Part shown: in pieces, positions 62,995-64,000 of the stretch
How the letters are laid out: each line of letters starts with the position of its first letter
Numbering within the stretch: position 1 is the first letter of the stretch
Origin: Paecilomyces variotii
Lineage: Eukaryota
Direction: 5' to 3' (one strand)
NCBI GenBank assembly: GCA_004022145.1
Contig: RCNU01000003.1
Length of the DNA: 64,000 nucleotides
Made by a program: the position numbers and the translations under genes
The notes under the pieces: generated by a model
What the model was told of the DNA's origin: nothing
Databases searched by the model: none
Seen by the model: only the letters and a program-made list of their open reading frames with translations

Positions 62995-63692
62995 CGAACA
63001 AAGGAGTCCTTGCTTGTTGAATGTCGGAGTTGTCGCTCTGATCCATCACCCCATTCTATCGGGGAGAAAGCCGTACTCTAAATTCTTAGTCTTTGGATTG
63101 ACTAATAATTCGAGCTAATAGTTAATACGGGGTTATAATCATCGCGCTAGAGCTAAAAGTGTATAACCGGCTAACGGGGTCACAAAGCTGGGCCAGAGCG
63201 ATGTTCGCTCATTTTATTATCTGCGATACTTAAATACATCTGGGCAGATCTCCCCACTTTTGATTTCTTGATGCGGGGTTCACTGCGACATTGATAATCC
63301 CGAGTCGAGACTGGATGCCGCGGAGATTCTATTATATTTCTGAAGTATTTTGGGTTTATTCAAACAACACCGAGATCAACCTATGGCTTCCTATGATTGG
63401 AATGTGTTGCTCCCTTGTGATGATCTCGTATACAAGTCCCATACCGATAAATGTCGATGCACCTCCAACTGCAGACCCCAAGATCACCCCCGGACGCACT
63501 GTTACTGAGGAGCTGCGATGCTGATCAACGGTATATTTGATTTTTTTTTCCCTCCATGTGGCTAAAGAATGCCTCCTAGAACAGAACACACAGTGAATCG
63601 TTGACAGTTGCCGCGACAATGATCGCAAGAAGAAAGGCCAAGGCCACCCATCAATCGACTGACCCATATCATATCTAAATCCGGGAAATGAG

Positions 63693-63979
63693 TCATTGCT
63701 GGCAATATTTACTTCCAATACCGCGCTGGACTGCTGGTCGCGCGGCAATCCGGTCAATCCACTGCAGGAGATGCGGGAACTGCGACACTTCTTCCTTGGT
63801 GAAGCCGCTACGCTCCCAGTTCTTAACCCACGGCCACGTCTTGATGTCAGCCACGCTGTATTTGCCCTTTCCTTTTCCAGCCAGATACTCTCTTGGCTGA
63901 CCGGTAAATTTGCCGGAGAGTTGGATCTCGAGGACGCCGAACACGCGAAGGGTTTCGTTTCTGAATCTCGTGATTGCAT
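63693..63979 (-). CDS. Glutathione S-transferase (Ure2/GST-N family), last exon; the rest lies beyond the window
   Basis: RFRNETLRVFGVLE..YLAG..KYSVADIKTWPWV..FPHLLQWIDRIAARPAVQRG. Confidence 0.85.
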
Positions 63980-64000
63980 CTAGAAAACCATAGAGTTAGG

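Overview
Eukaryotic, intron-containing fungal DNA. Gene content and GT-AG/CTRAC introns are typical of a Eurotiales mould (Aspergillus/Paecilomyces-like); the ORF track fragments most genes. The left ~27 kb carries mostly conserved genes: Pol X, DRS2-type P4-ATPase, RRP45, CWC15, an NDSYG-repeat protein, MED22, intron-containing tRNA-Leu(AAG), DHFR, a CLC channel, an IAH1-like esterase, a retropepsin-like protein and GH43. About 50-56 kb is also conserved (isochorismatase-family, THI6, eIF5). Between them (~27.6-49.4 kb) lies an accessory-looking island: an AAA-ATPase gene relic, an APH-type kinase, then eight co-oriented genes. These encode a tyrosyl-tRNA-synthetase paralog that keeps its ATP motifs but has lost the tyrosine- and anticodon-recognition residues, two Fe(II)/2OG oxygenases, a sulfotransferase-like P-loop protein, an arylamine N-acetyltransferase, a DHA1 MFS exporter, a heme-oxygenase-like diiron oxidase and a class I terpene synthase. 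This looks like a non-canonical (no NRPS/PKS) biosynthetic gene cluster built around a repurposed aaRS and is the main candidate novel system. The right end has an HNH-nuclease-like gene, a Zn2Cys6 transcription factor and the 3' end of a GST. All calls come from motif recognition by eye; no searches were run.
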